This document shows positions 14,350-23,644 of a stretch of 56,622 nucleotides of DNA, piece by piece; within the stretch, counting starts at the first letter, position 1; each line of letters starts with the position of its first letter. The notes beneath the pieces were generated by a model, which worked only from the letters and a program-made list of their open reading frames with translations, did not search any database and was not told where the DNA came from. The stretch comes from a virus. Its lineage: Duplodnaviria; Caudoviricetes. The position numbers were made by a program, and so were the translations under genes. The stretch is taken from positions 1 through 56,622 of the IMG/VR virus record IMGVR_UViG_3300043399_000099, one strand, 5' to 3'.

Positions 14350-15432
14350 ATGAAGTATACAAAGAAGATTACACTAAAGGATGGGTCAACTGTCTATAGG
14401 TTTAGTCCACCAGAAGAAGTTAGGAAGGCTGGTGTAGTTGCATCCAAGACCTTTACGGATGGTAGGGCTGCACGATATGAGATACCTAGACTACTCGAAA
14501 AGGTAGCGGCATATCGTAAAGGATATATCAAAGAGGGTAATGTAGGCCCAACCTCTAAGGTTAAACATATCATCAACTACTACCTACTATCCAAACAGTT
14601 TGCCTCTCTTGCTGGTAGTTCCCAGATCAAGTATGAGGCTGAATTGCTAAAGGTATCAGACATTTGGATGGGTGATGTGTCTGTCAATAAGCTTACTGCC
14701 AAGCTGTGCAACGAGGCATACGAACAGTGGGTGTCTGAACACTCCGTGGCTAGGGCCAATGAACGGGCAAGGCTATTCTCCGTGGTGCTAAACTTCGCAC
14801 GATCCTTGGACTTGATTAACGACAACCCTATGGGTAAGGTCAAGAAACTAAAGCATGAACCCTCTACTCCTATCTGGAAACAAGACCAAGTAGAGTTGTT
14901 CCTTGACACAGCCTTCAAGGATTTCAAGTGGAGAAACGTAGGGCTTCTCGTGATGATGTGCTACGAGTGGGCGCAACGACCTACTGACATCTGCCACCTG
15001 ACATGGGACAAGGTTGATCTGGTGGGTGCTAGGGTATCCATCAAGCAGTCCAAGCGTGGGGCCGAGGTGTTCCTGCCCATTGATGAACCCTTACTTGGGT
15101 TACTTAAGCAACAGCAGGATGATTGGGGCTTCCAAAAGCTAGTGGTTCCACACCATCGTATATCTGACAATGCTTATGTCCCGTTGACACCAGTAACATT
15201 CGGCCCTATACTTCGTTCAATAAAGGTTGCGTGTGGACTACCAGAAGACTTGAAGATTGGTCACTTGCGTAAGACAGCTATCAATGAGTTCGTGGCAGCG
15301 GGCGTTGACAGTACTGGTATCATGCAGGTGACAGGACACAAGAACATTAGCAGCCTCAACCCATACATGAGGCACACATACAATGGTGCTAAGACAGCAC
15401 AGGGTATTCGCAAGGGGAACAAAGATGCCTGA
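14350..15432 (+). CDS. int: Tyrosine recombinase / integrase
   Basis: Catalytic R (AQRPTDI), K (QSK), HLRKT, TGH and Y (LNPY); start at ATG 14350 inferred. Confidence 0.9.
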   Translation: MKYTKKITLKDGSTVYRFSPPEEVRKAGVVASKTFTDGRAARYEIPRLLEKVAAYRKGYIKEGNVGPTSKVKHIINYYLLSKQFASLAGSSQIKYEAELLKVSDIWMGDVSVNKLTAKLCNEAYEQWVSEHSVARANERARLFSVVLNFARSLDLINDNPMGKVKKLKHEPSTPIWKQDQVELFLDTAFKDFKWRNVGLLVMMCYEWAQRPTDICHLTWDKVDLVGARVSIKQSKRGAEVFLPIDEPLLGLLKQQQDDWGFQKLVVPHHRISDNAYVPLTPVTFGPILRSIKVACGLPEDLKIGHLRKTAINEFVAAGVDSTGIMQVTGHKNISSLNPYMRHTYNGAKTAQGIRKGNKDA

Positions 15433-15625
15433 CCTATCTATGTATGTACTAGTGTGCCATAATTGTGGGTCAAAGAAGTTACGCTCCTTGAGGTACGACA
15501 ATGATTATAGCATTGCATTTAGTGATAGTGGAGAATATTCTCTTGAATGTGCAGAGTGCTATATTGAGATATACCCAGCAAAGGATTTAAAACTTAGACC
15601 TAATAGAAAAGTGAACAAGACATGA
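15425..15625 (+). CDS. Zn-ribbon protein
   Basis: CHNC...CAEC; SD GGGG. Confidence 0.65.
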   Translation: MPDLSMYVLVCHNCGSKKLRSLRYDNDYSIAFSDSGEYSLECAECYIEIYPAKDLKLRPNRKVNKT

Positions 15626-16083
15626 GAAACTGGGATGAACCTACCCACTTCGAAGATGCAATGAGGTACTTCGCTGCATCCAGATACAACAGACATGACC
15701 AACAAAAGGAAAACACTATGACTGAGAAGAAACTATACCAAATCAACACCCCTCTAGACGCTGTAAAGTATGGTCACAAGCTGGCTGTAAACAGTGCAGG
15801 TAAGTGGGTGATGGAAGTCAAAGGCACTGGTGAGGTGATTACCTGTGACAAGAATGACATTGAAGAAGTCATGCCATACACTGTGTCTGTCCAGTTTGAG
15901 ACGGGTAAGCAAATCTATAGCTACCTTGGGAACAAAGATCAGCTAGAGCTTAATGCCTTCTACTTATTTGATTCACCTATGGGGCGTTGTATTGCGCAGG
16001 TTGTTAAGCTTGATACCAAATCTCCTGTTGCAACTAAGGAGTTCAAACCTCTGGCTAAGCTGAATGTTACACTATCTGAATAG
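15622..16083 (+). CDS. Hypothetical protein (alternative start at 15718)
   Basis: ORF coupled to both neighbours. Confidence 0.7.
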   Translation: MRNWDEPTHFEDAMRYFAASRYNRHDQQKENTMTEKKLYQINTPLDAVKYGHKLAVNSAGKWVMEVKGTGEVITCDKNDIEEVMPYTVSVQFETGKQIYSYLGNKDQLELNAFYLFDSPMGRCIAQVVKLDTKSPVATKEFKPLAKLNVTLSE

Positions 16084-16270
16084 GGTTGTAGTCGCACTGA
16101 GCGTCTTGTTAAATGTTATCCTTGGTGGTAGCAATAACCAGACGTTCAGTGCTAGGAATTATGACTGGCAACGCAGGGGGTATCCAAATATAGTTAAGCC
16201 TATTGACTTCTTCCTTGGGGAAGATCACTGTATGGAGTGTTGGGTTTATTGGAAAGTGAGAAAGGATTAA
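16064..16270 (+). CDS. Conserved small phage protein
   Basis: N..LGG...QTFSAR...DHC motif. Confidence 0.7.
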   Translation: MLHYLNRVVVALSVLLNVILGGSNNQTFSARNYDWQRRGYPNIVKPIDFFLGEDHCMECWVYWKVRKD

Positions 16271-16273
16271 GCT

Positions 16274-16621
16274 ATGACCGCACTTGAATTGAAGCGATAT
16301 GATTTATTTGCGACAGGCCCCGATTATGATGCATTTTTTTCGGATATAGTTGAAACACCCGAAGGAAAATACGTCCGCTTTGCCGATGTCGAAGCCTACA
16401 CCCAAGCCGCCATTGCAGCGGCTATGATGGGGGCGGCTGAACATTTATATCAGCTTATGATGGACAACAGTGACGAGGCACTGCAAGCACAAATCGACTG
16501 CCTTCTTGCCGACATGACTTTGGACGGAAACCCTAACCTTGCCGCCTATTTTAGGGACAAACTAATTGCATCTATCCCCACCGATGCAGCCACTACTTTA
16601 TCGCAAGGGAAAACAGAATGA
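16274..16621 (+). CDS. Hypothetical protein
   Basis: SD AAGGA; LKRYD...EGKYVRF.D motif. Confidence 0.7.
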   Translation: MTALELKRYDLFATGPDYDAFFSDIVETPEGKYVRFADVEAYTQAAIAAAMMGAAEHLYQLMMDNSDEALQAQIDCLLADMTLDGNPNLAAYFRDKLIASIPTDAATTLSQGKTE

Positions 16622-16863
16622 ACAAGCAAAGAATTAAGCGAGAGGGGTGGGTGTCCTGTCTATCCTGTGGGCAAACCAGCAAGACATTCATCCTTGGGCG
16701 CAGTAATGAAACCTTGGAACCAACAGCTCCTTGCCCAAAGTGTAATAATGAAGCCCACTCGCAGAGTTTCCAAGGGCTATGGTCTTTTATGAGAGCCGCA
16801 TCAAAAGATATTGCACAGATCAAACTGGATATGATTGATCTAGAGATGGATGAGAGCAAATGA
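16618..16863 (+). CDS. Zn-finger protein
   Basis: CLSC...CPKC. Confidence 0.65.
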   Translation: MNKQRIKREGWVSCLSCGQTSKTFILGRSNETLEPTAPCPKCNNEAHSQSFQGLWSFMRAASKDIAQIKLDMIDLEMDESK

Positions 16864-17045
16864 ATATCCAAAAGGCTATTGACTTAGAGATCACCCGTCT
16901 GCTAGAATTTGCAGCGGACATCCTTGAAGAGCAAAATAGGCGCTGCGATTGGGTATATGGTAGCATAACCCTTGAGGTAGTTAACCTACAGCTTGCTTCC
17001 TACAAAAGACTTGAACAAGATTTACAAAAGGACGATAACAAATGA
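16860..17045 (+). CDS. Hypothetical protein
   Basis: ATGA coupling on both sides. Confidence 0.65.
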   Translation: MNIQKAIDLEITRLLEFAADILEEQNRRCDWVYGSITLEVVNLQLASYKRLEQDLQKDDNK

Positions 17046-17692
17046 TTGAGGTTACACTGATCGACAGGATGGGGACAGACCTCAGTGTTGTTAATGCAGC
17101 ACGAGTTTCTTTTGGTAAGAAGTCACAGTTTGAAGAGGCACTAGAGGGTCGTGTTCTTTCGGGAAAAGACGTAAAGCTAATCAAGTATCTTGCAAAACAT
17201 AAGCACTTCTCACCCTTTGGCCATGCCTTTGCATCCTTCCACGTGAAAGCTCCTATCTTTGTTGCACGGCAGTTGGTTAAGCATCAATACTTACGCTGGA
17301 ATGAAATCAGTCGTCGTTATGTTGATGATGAACCTGAGTTCTATGTGCCAGAGGTATGGCGTGGCAGGTCTGTTGACAAGAAGCAAGGGTCTGATGGGAA
17401 GTGGGAACCCGATCACAAAAAACTAGATGATGCTATGTGGGAACTAAAGGACTTGTACAACCAGATGGTTTATGATGGGTGCGCTCCAGAACAAGCACGT
17501 ATAGTTCTACCTCAATCGACTATGACGGAATGGTATTGGTCAGGATCACTTGACGCCTTCGCAGATATGTGTAAGCTACGCTGCAAAGATGATACACAGT
17601 ATGAGACACGCCTTGTTGCAGACCAGATCAGCAAAGAGATGAAACAGCTATTCCCAGTGTCTTGGGCAGCATTAGTAGGAGAAGAGGGATGA
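17042..17692 (+). CDS. thyX: Flavin-dependent thymidylate synthase
   Basis: VVNAARVSF, HFSPF, APIFVARQLVKH, WNEISRRY, APEQAR..LP motifs. Confidence 0.95.
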   Translation: MIEVTLIDRMGTDLSVVNAARVSFGKKSQFEEALEGRVLSGKDVKLIKYLAKHKHFSPFGHAFASFHVKAPIFVARQLVKHQYLRWNEISRRYVDDEPEFYVPEVWRGRSVDKKQGSDGKWEPDHKKLDDAMWELKDLYNQMVYDGCAPEQARIVLPQSTMTEWYWSGSLDAFADMCKLRCKDDTQYETRLVADQISKEMKQLFPVSWAALVGEEG

Positions 17693-18024
17693 AGGATATT
17701 TCTGGCATGACTCGTGAGCAACTTCTTGAGCATATCATCTACCTTCAAGAGAAACTTTCACGATTGAATGAAGACAAGCTAGATAAGATTCAGAACGACA
17801 TTAACTGGATCGTTCAATATCTATTGAAGCAGGATAAACCTGTGCAGCTACCACCTTTTGTTCCACCCTATTACAACCCACTGTACCCTCAGGTAATTTC
17901 GCAAGAGCCGCAGTGTCCTAAGTGTAAGATGCGACTGGATCAGGTAATGGGGTATGTATGTGGTGATGTAAATTGCCCAACATTTACGAAGGTTACTTCT
18001 AACACACATATGGACAGCAGATGA
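17689..18024 (+). CDS. Hypothetical protein with C-terminal Cys4 motif
   Basis: CPKC...MGYVC....CP. Confidence 0.7.
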   Translation: MKDISGMTREQLLEHIIYLQEKLSRLNEDKLDKIQNDINWIVQYLLKQDKPVQLPPFVPPYYNPLYPQVISQEPQCPKCKMRLDQVMGYVCGDVNCPTFTKVTSNTHMDSR

Positions 18025-18323
18025 ACCATGAACTAGAAGACGAGATGTGTCCTAACTGTGTGACACCTTGGAAATGTAATGGCCCTCATATCTTAGAAGG
18101 AGATAACGAAGTGGATAAGTATGTATTGAAATGGCGTGGACTTGACGACGAGCAGAAAGCCAGCATTGCTGTAGAACTATTGACAGAACTCTTGAAAGAA
18201 GTTGACCACTTCGTCAGTTTATGGAATGAGTACCCTGAGTTTTGGAACAAGAAGGACTACAAGGCGGCGAAGCGTACCCGAGATAACCTTATTGCAGACT
18301 ATTGTCTACCCTCTGGAGATTAA
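18021..18323 (+). CDS. Hypothetical protein with N-terminal CPNCVTPWKCNGPH microdomain
   Basis: Coupled ORF; possible internal GTG start at 18111 with SD AAGGAG. Confidence 0.65.
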   Translation: MNHELEDEMCPNCVTPWKCNGPHILEGDNEVDKYVLKWRGLDDEQKASIAVELLTELLKEVDHFVSLWNEYPEFWNKKDYKAAKRTRDNLIADYCLPSGD

Positions 18324-18328
18324 GGTAA

Positions 18329-19900
18329 TTGAGTGAGTATCCCCATCAGGAGTGTCCCCTAGAGGGATGTAAAAGTTCTGACGCATTTGCTTGGAACGAC
18401 AAAGGGTTTGGTAAGTGTCACTCATGTGGTGGCAGTTACCCCCCAAAAGGAATGAAAGGGTTAAAGGATTGGGCAACAGAAAGGTATCCCGTGAAAGAGC
18501 AAGTTGATATTAAGTCTGTACCAACAACAGGGTTTACCTACGAGGGTATCCGTGGTATTGACCCAGACGTATGCAAACTATATAGCATCCAGCTACAGCT
18601 TGGCGTGGATGGCAAACCAGTTCGCTATGCGTTCAAGCATACTGACAATGTAAAGTATCGTGGGTATGACGAGAAGGTATTCTGGACGAAAGAAAAGGGT
18701 AAGCCTGTCGATGATCTCTTTGGCCCAGAGTTTAATGCTGGTACGTCAAAGAAAATCTTCATCACCGAAGGCGAGTTTGATGCTGCATCCCTGTATCAAA
18801 TCTTAGGTAAGACCTACCCAGTTAAGTCTTTGCCCAGTGCCAGCATCGGTGACAAGTTCATCAAGAAGAACTACAAGTATCTCTCCACCTTCCAAGATAT
18901 TATCTATGCTGGTGAGCTTGATGAAGCAGGGCGTAGGGCCGCAGAGATTTTGTATGCAGCCTTCCCTAAGAACTTCTGGTATGTCCCTATGTCCCAGTAT
19001 AAGGATGCCAATGAGTTCCTAATGGCAGGTGCTAGTGAGACCCTCAAGTGGGCAGCAGTAAAGCCACAACGATACACACCAGATAACTTCTTCTGTTCTG
19101 ATGATGCCGTTGAGGATGCTATCCGCAAGGAGAACCCATATAGCTATGTACCGACAGGTCATACGGGTATTGATGAGAAGTGCCGAGGTCTGGTCAAGGG
19201 TGGTCTGACCTTTATCAAAGCACCTCGTGGTATGGGTAAGACAGAGGTTGTGCGCTTCTTCGAGATGGCTATGTTGGCTGACCCTGATGAACGCATTGCC
19301 CTACTGCATATGGAAGAGATGAAGTCCACAACGTATCGTGCTATGGCTACCTATGAGTTGGGTGTTAATGTACGTACAAAGGATGATGCTCGTGATAACG
19401 GGGTGAGTGAGGATGATGTAATCAAGGCTGCACAGAAAGCAACCAAAGCAGAACGCACAATCATCTTCGAGATGCGGGTGCATGATGATCCTATGAAGTT
19501 GCTAGAGTATGTACGCCTTGCTGCATCTGTGTATGGTGCAGGTTATCTTTTCATTGACCATGTGCAACGTCTTGCTTATCTATCCAATGCTGGTGTAGAT
19601 GGTGCAACCTCGACGCTGACATCACTAGGCGCACAGATGGCACAGCTTGCTAAGGAGTTGAACATCGGTGTGATCTTCATCAGTCAGGTCAACGAGGATG
19701 GACGCACTAAGTACGCCGCAGCACTGGAAGAAGAAGCTATCATCTGTATCAAGATCAACAGAGATGTTGAGAGTGAGGATGAAGTGGAACAGAATACTAC
19801 TCATTTTGTAATTGACAAGAACAGACCATTCGCTAAACTCGGTGATGCTGGTTCACTCTACTATGATACCGAGACAACAATCTTGAGGGAAGGTTTCTAA
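18329..19900 (+). CDS. DNA primase/helicase (T7 gp4-like)
   Basis: Zn finger, TOPRIM ITEGEFDA, KDANEFL, Walker A RGMGKT, IDH, KNR. Confidence 0.93.
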   Translation: MSEYPHQECPLEGCKSSDAFAWNDKGFGKCHSCGGSYPPKGMKGLKDWATERYPVKEQVDIKSVPTTGFTYEGIRGIDPDVCKLYSIQLQLGVDGKPVRYAFKHTDNVKYRGYDEKVFWTKEKGKPVDDLFGPEFNAGTSKKIFITEGEFDAASLYQILGKTYPVKSLPSASIGDKFIKKNYKYLSTFQDIIYAGELDEAGRRAAEILYAAFPKNFWYVPMSQYKDANEFLMAGASETLKWAAVKPQRYTPDNFFCSDDAVEDAIRKENPYSYVPTGHTGIDEKCRGLVKGGLTFIKAPRGMGKTEVVRFFEMAMLADPDERIALLHMEEMKSTTYRAMATYELGVNVRTKDDARDNGVSEDDVIKAAQKATKAERTIIFEMRVHDDPMKLLEYVRLAASVYGAGYLFIDHVQRLAYLSNAGVDGATSTLTSLGAQMAQLAKELNIGVIFISQVNEDGRTKYAAALEEEAIICIKINRDVESEDEVEQNTTHFVIDKNRPFAKLGDAGSLYYDTETTILREGF

Positions 19901-19901
19901 G

Positions 19902-21113
19902 ATGGCAATATATGAACTGACAAGCGGAAAAGATTTTGTAAAGCTGGGCGACAAAGTTTTCAGTAAGTATGAAGAAGTCCCACGCAAACCTTTCCAGTTC
20001 AACGACTGGCTATATACAGACTATCAGGACTGCTGGACAAATATAGCCTTTGGCACTGACACTACCCCAGCCAAGACTCTCAATAAAAAGCTGCACGAGT
20101 ACTTCGGTTCTAAGATAACCCTACGTCTGAACGCTGCGCTATACAACACGTTCATCAAAGCAAACTTCCCCCGTGAGATTTACTTCGCAATGAGTCGTGA
20201 TGGCAGGCATTGGAATACCTTCTCTCCCTATATGGTAGCTAAGGCCACAAAGAATAAGCACCTGATTGACCAAGCAGTTAAGGATAGAACGATCAACCTG
20301 ATACCCTTGATGCTTGAGTTTGAAGAAGACCCACAGCAGTTGCGTAAAAGGTTTGGTAAAGGTTTGTGGAAGCAACTCTCACATACCTCAAAGACTAGGA
20401 TGAAGTACCTTGCACCACTTATGAGAGATATACCAGAAGCTATTTCTGTGAGAACAGGTATCCTATCTGGGATATCAACCTATGCTATATCATATCAGAA
20501 TATGAAAGAGGCACTGGTAATCTCTGCGAAGGTTGCCCCACGTATCAAAGACTTTGATCAAACATTTGATATCATAAGAGATACTGTGCGTATGGCTGAT
20601 AGGGCTGGGGTTAAGGTAAACCCTAGTTGGTCTTATCGTCGTTGGCTTGAGGAGCATGATCATCTGTCATGGGATGTAGCACGTAAGGGTTACTCCGAGA
20701 CAAAGTTTACAAAAGATTGTGTCTTTACACAGGATGGATATACCTTTACACTTCTAACCTCACAGGCTGATATTGCTACAGAAGGTATGCAGATGCGTCA
20801 CTGTGTTGCATCCTATGCACACATGGCTTCACAGGGTAGGTATGCTGTGTTCAAGATTGAGGGCAAGGAGAGGGCAACACTTGGACTTACTCTTGGCTCT
20901 GCTGTTGATGTAGACAATCCGACAGGTAACAGGGTTCCCCATGCTATGATACAACAGTGCTACGGACATTCTAACAAGACCATCTCTGATGAACTACGTG
21001 CCACACTACCAGATATTGTAAGGAAGTATAATGATACTCTTCGACTGCGAGACGGATGGGCTGCTACGCCAAGCAACGAAAGTCCATGTGCTGTCGTGGA
21101 CTACGGATGGTAA
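19902..21113 (+). CDS. PcfJ-domain protein
   Basis: HD.LS...EGMQMRHCVASY...ATL...QCYG..N motif. Confidence 0.8.
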   Translation: MAIYELTSGKDFVKLGDKVFSKYEEVPRKPFQFNDWLYTDYQDCWTNIAFGTDTTPAKTLNKKLHEYFGSKITLRLNAALYNTFIKANFPREIYFAMSRDGRHWNTFSPYMVAKATKNKHLIDQAVKDRTINLIPLMLEFEEDPQQLRKRFGKGLWKQLSHTSKTRMKYLAPLMRDIPEAISVRTGILSGISTYAISYQNMKEALVISAKVAPRIKDFDQTFDIIRDTVRMADRAGVKVNPSWSYRRWLEEHDHLSWDVARKGYSETKFTKDCVFTQDGYTFTLLTSQADIATEGMQMRHCVASYAHMASQGRYAVFKIEGKERATLGLTLGSAVDVDNPTGNRVPHAMIQQCYGHSNKTISDELRATLPDIVRKYNDTLRLRDGWAATPSNESPCAVVDYGW

Positions 21114-22908
21114 GGATCACCAGTCTACCAATAACTATAATGATATGCGTGACCTACTCACTGGGGCTGACAGTCTCATTGGGCATGACATCTGCCGCTT
21201 CGACGTACCTGTACTAGAGAAAATCCTTGGTATCACCATCAAGGCTAAGCTCTATGACACACTGCCTATGTCTTGGGTAATCAACACAGACCGCCTAGGG
21301 CAACATGGGCTTGAGTCCTTTGGTGAAGACTTCGGTATCCCTAAGCCTGTGGTTACAGACTGGGTTGGCCTAAGCTACGAGGAGTATAAGCATCGCTGTG
21401 AAGAGGATGTGAAGATCAACTGGATGCTGTGGCAGAACCTACTCAAGCGTTACAAGATGCTGTATGGTAAAGACACAGACAGCATGGAGAAGTTCTTCCA
21501 GTACCTCACGTTCAAGATGCGTGTGGCACACAAGGCTAGTGCTGCTGGCTGGCGTATCGACAAGAAGCTTGTGACAGAATCACTGGCTACGCTAGAGAAG
21601 CTACAGGTGGAGAAGGTCGAGGAACTACGCAATGTTATGCCTGATGTGATCAAGTATACCACCAAGTCTAAGCCTGAGAAGATGACCCTTAAGGATGGAT
21701 CACACAGCAAGGCTGCACTGGACTGGTTCAGGGTACTTGAGGAGAATGACCTACCCCTATTCCACGAGGGGGATGTTACTGTAGTTAAGAGCAAGGAGAA
21801 GGCTAACCCTAACTCACCAGATCAGGTCAAGGACTGGCTGTTCTCCTTTGGGTGGGAGCCATGCACCTTTGACTACAAGACCAATGATGATGGTAGCGAG
21901 AGGCTAGTCCCACAGATACGTAAGGAAGGGGAGCTTGCACCATCTGTTAAGCTACTCATTGAGGATCACCCAGAGGTGGGTGTTCTTGATGGCCTCACAG
22001 TCTTGCAGCACCGCAAGTCTATCTTCGAGGGTATGCTAGAGTCAGAGGTTGATGGGTATGTCAGTGCAGAGATTGCTGGTCTAACTAACACCCTACGCTT
22101 CAAGCATAAGAAGCCACTGGTCAACCTTCCCGGAGTTGATAAGCCTTGGGGCAAGGAAATCCGTGGTGCGCTTATTGCTGACGAGGGTACAGTACTATGC
22201 GGTGCAGACATGGTATCCCTTGAGGCTACCACTAAGCGTCACTTCATCTTCCCCTATGACCCTGACTATGTTGCAGAGATGTCAGTAGAAGGTTTCGATG
22301 AACACCTTGACCTAGCTGTACGTGCAGGGTATATCACCCGTGAAGACTATGATTTCTACACACGGGCTGACGAAGTTACTGTTAATGATATCTCGCGCTT
22401 CAAGGCTATCAAGAAGACACGCAAGAAGTTCAAGCCTGTTAACTATAGCGCAGTGTATGGCGTAGGTAAGAGCAAGCTGTCTCGTACAACAGGTATGTCT
22501 GTATCAGAAGCTGGTGTACTACTTGAGGCATACTGGGAGCGTAACTGGGCAGTCAAACAGTTTGCTAAGGAACAACAGGTGAAGACCCTTAACAAACAGA
22601 TGTGGGTAAAGAATCCTGTTAATGGCTTCTGGTACTCCCTACGATACGAGAAGGATATCTTCTCCACACTAAACCAATCCACTGGGGCATACTGCTTCGA
22701 CCAGTGGGTGGCTCACTACCTGACCAAGCGACCCAACATCATTGGTCAGTTTCACGACGAGTCTATCAATCGCATTCCACTAGGTGAGGAGACAGAACAT
22801 GAGTCAGTTCTCCGCTGGGCCATTGGGAAGGTGAACGAGAAGCTCAAGCTAAACATCAAGCTGGACATTGACGTACAGTTTGGGATGCGCTACTCCGACA
22901 TCCATTAA
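21031..22908 (+). CDS. DNA polymerase family A with 3'-5' exonuclease
   Basis: DCETDGL; motif A GADMVSLE; motif B RKKFKPVNYSAVYG; motif C FHDE. Confidence 0.95.
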   Translation: MILFDCETDGLLRQATKVHVLSWTTDGKDHQSTNNYNDMRDLLTGADSLIGHDICRFDVPVLEKILGITIKAKLYDTLPMSWVINTDRLGQHGLESFGEDFGIPKPVVTDWVGLSYEEYKHRCEEDVKINWMLWQNLLKRYKMLYGKDTDSMEKFFQYLTFKMRVAHKASAAGWRIDKKLVTESLATLEKLQVEKVEELRNVMPDVIKYTTKSKPEKMTLKDGSHSKAALDWFRVLEENDLPLFHEGDVTVVKSKEKANPNSPDQVKDWLFSFGWEPCTFDYKTNDDGSERLVPQIRKEGELAPSVKLLIEDHPEVGVLDGLTVLQHRKSIFEGMLESEVDGYVSAEIAGLTNTLRFKHKKPLVNLPGVDKPWGKEIRGALIADEGTVLCGADMVSLEATTKRHFIFPYDPDYVAEMSVEGFDEHLDLAVRAGYITREDYDFYTRADEVTVNDISRFKAIKKTRKKFKPVNYSAVYGVGKSKLSRTTGMSVSEAGVLLEAYWERNWAVKQFAKEQQVKTLNKQMWVKNPVNGFWYSLRYEKDIFSTLNQSTGAYCFDQWVAHYLTKRPNIIGQFHDESINRIPLGEETEHESVLRWAIGKVNEKLKLNIKLDIDVQFGMRYSDIH

Positions 22909-22918
22909 AGGAAAGAAC

Positions 22919-23071
22919 ATGGAAAAGAAGATCATTGGACTAAAGAAGTTGACCAAGCCAAACAGTATCCCTATGCGTATGGCTGCTGGTGGCAAGGAGT
23001 TGGTTCGGGATAACTCGAAGCAAAGAAAATATCGTGTAGCGGGTGAGAAAGCTGTTGCACAATCTAACTGA
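22919..23071 (+). CDS. Small basic hypothetical protein
   Basis: SD AAGGA before ATG 22919. Confidence 0.55.
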   Translation: MEKKIIGLKKLTKPNSIPMRMAAGGKELVRDNSKQRKYRVAGEKAVAQSN

Positions 23072-23084
23072 TACCTGCTATAAT
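23055..23084 (+). promoter_or_regulatory. Promoter TTGCAC-N18-(TG)-TATAAT for the ssb unit
   Basis: Extended -10 TGCTATAAT. Confidence 0.65.
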
Positions 23085-23107
23085 TACACATTGCAAAGGA
23101 GCTACAC

Positions 23108-23644
23108 ATGGCAACACGTAAAGTAAAACTAACTGGCATTGGCTACTGGGCTAAAGTCTTTGAGGACAACCGAGACTTGACTGGGTTTGAGAATGCCCTT
23201 AAGGATTCTGGCGGTCAATGCACCATCGACGTTGACTTGGATGCAGAGAGCATGGCCAAGCTGGCTAAGAGCAAGTCGATGCTCAAGGGTAAGGACAGCC
23301 CTGACAATGATGGGCTAACTCGTGTACGCTTCAAGCGTAAGTGGGAAGAAGCCTATGCAGGTGGCGCACCTAAGGTGGTCAAAGAAGATGGCACTGTCTG
23401 GGACTACGACGAGGATGGCTCTATTGGTAATGGTTCTACTGTAGAGGTTATCCTGAATGTCTATGATACTTCTCGCAAGAACATCATCGGCACTCGCCTT
23501 GAAAAGGTTAAGGTTACTAACCACGTAGAGTATAACCCTGACGAGGATGAAGAAGAGGCTGAGGCTCCACCACCAGCTAAGTCAACCACTAAGCCAGCGC
23601 CTAAGACTTACAAAGTAGAAGATGATGATGAGATTCCGTTTTGA
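23108..23644 (+). CDS. ssb: ssDNA-binding protein (T7 gp2.5-like)
   Basis: IGNGS, TRLEKV motifs; acidic C-terminal tail ending DDDEIPF. Confidence 0.85.
   Translation: MATRKVKLTGIGYWAKVFEDNRDLTGFENALKDSGGQCTIDVDLDAESMAKLAKSKSMLKGKDSPDNDGLTRVRFKRKWEEAYAGGAPKVVKEDGTVWDYDEDGSIGNGSTVEVILNVYDTSRKNIIGTRLEKVKVTNHVEYNPDEDEEEAEAPPPAKSTTKPAPKTYKVEDDDEIPF

Noticed and set aside
17042-17692. ThyX inactivated because the RHR motif reads VKHQ
   Set aside because: This variant is common in phage ThyX, and the catalytic Ser in EISRRY is present
20908-20926. Sixth palindrome copy (TGTAGACAATCCGACAGG)
   Set aside because: Only the right arm matches; it lies inside a CDS and is plausibly chance
21031-22908. 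HMO-2011-type polymerase with DnaJ zinc-finger insertion
   Set aside because: No CxxCxGxG repeats in the protein
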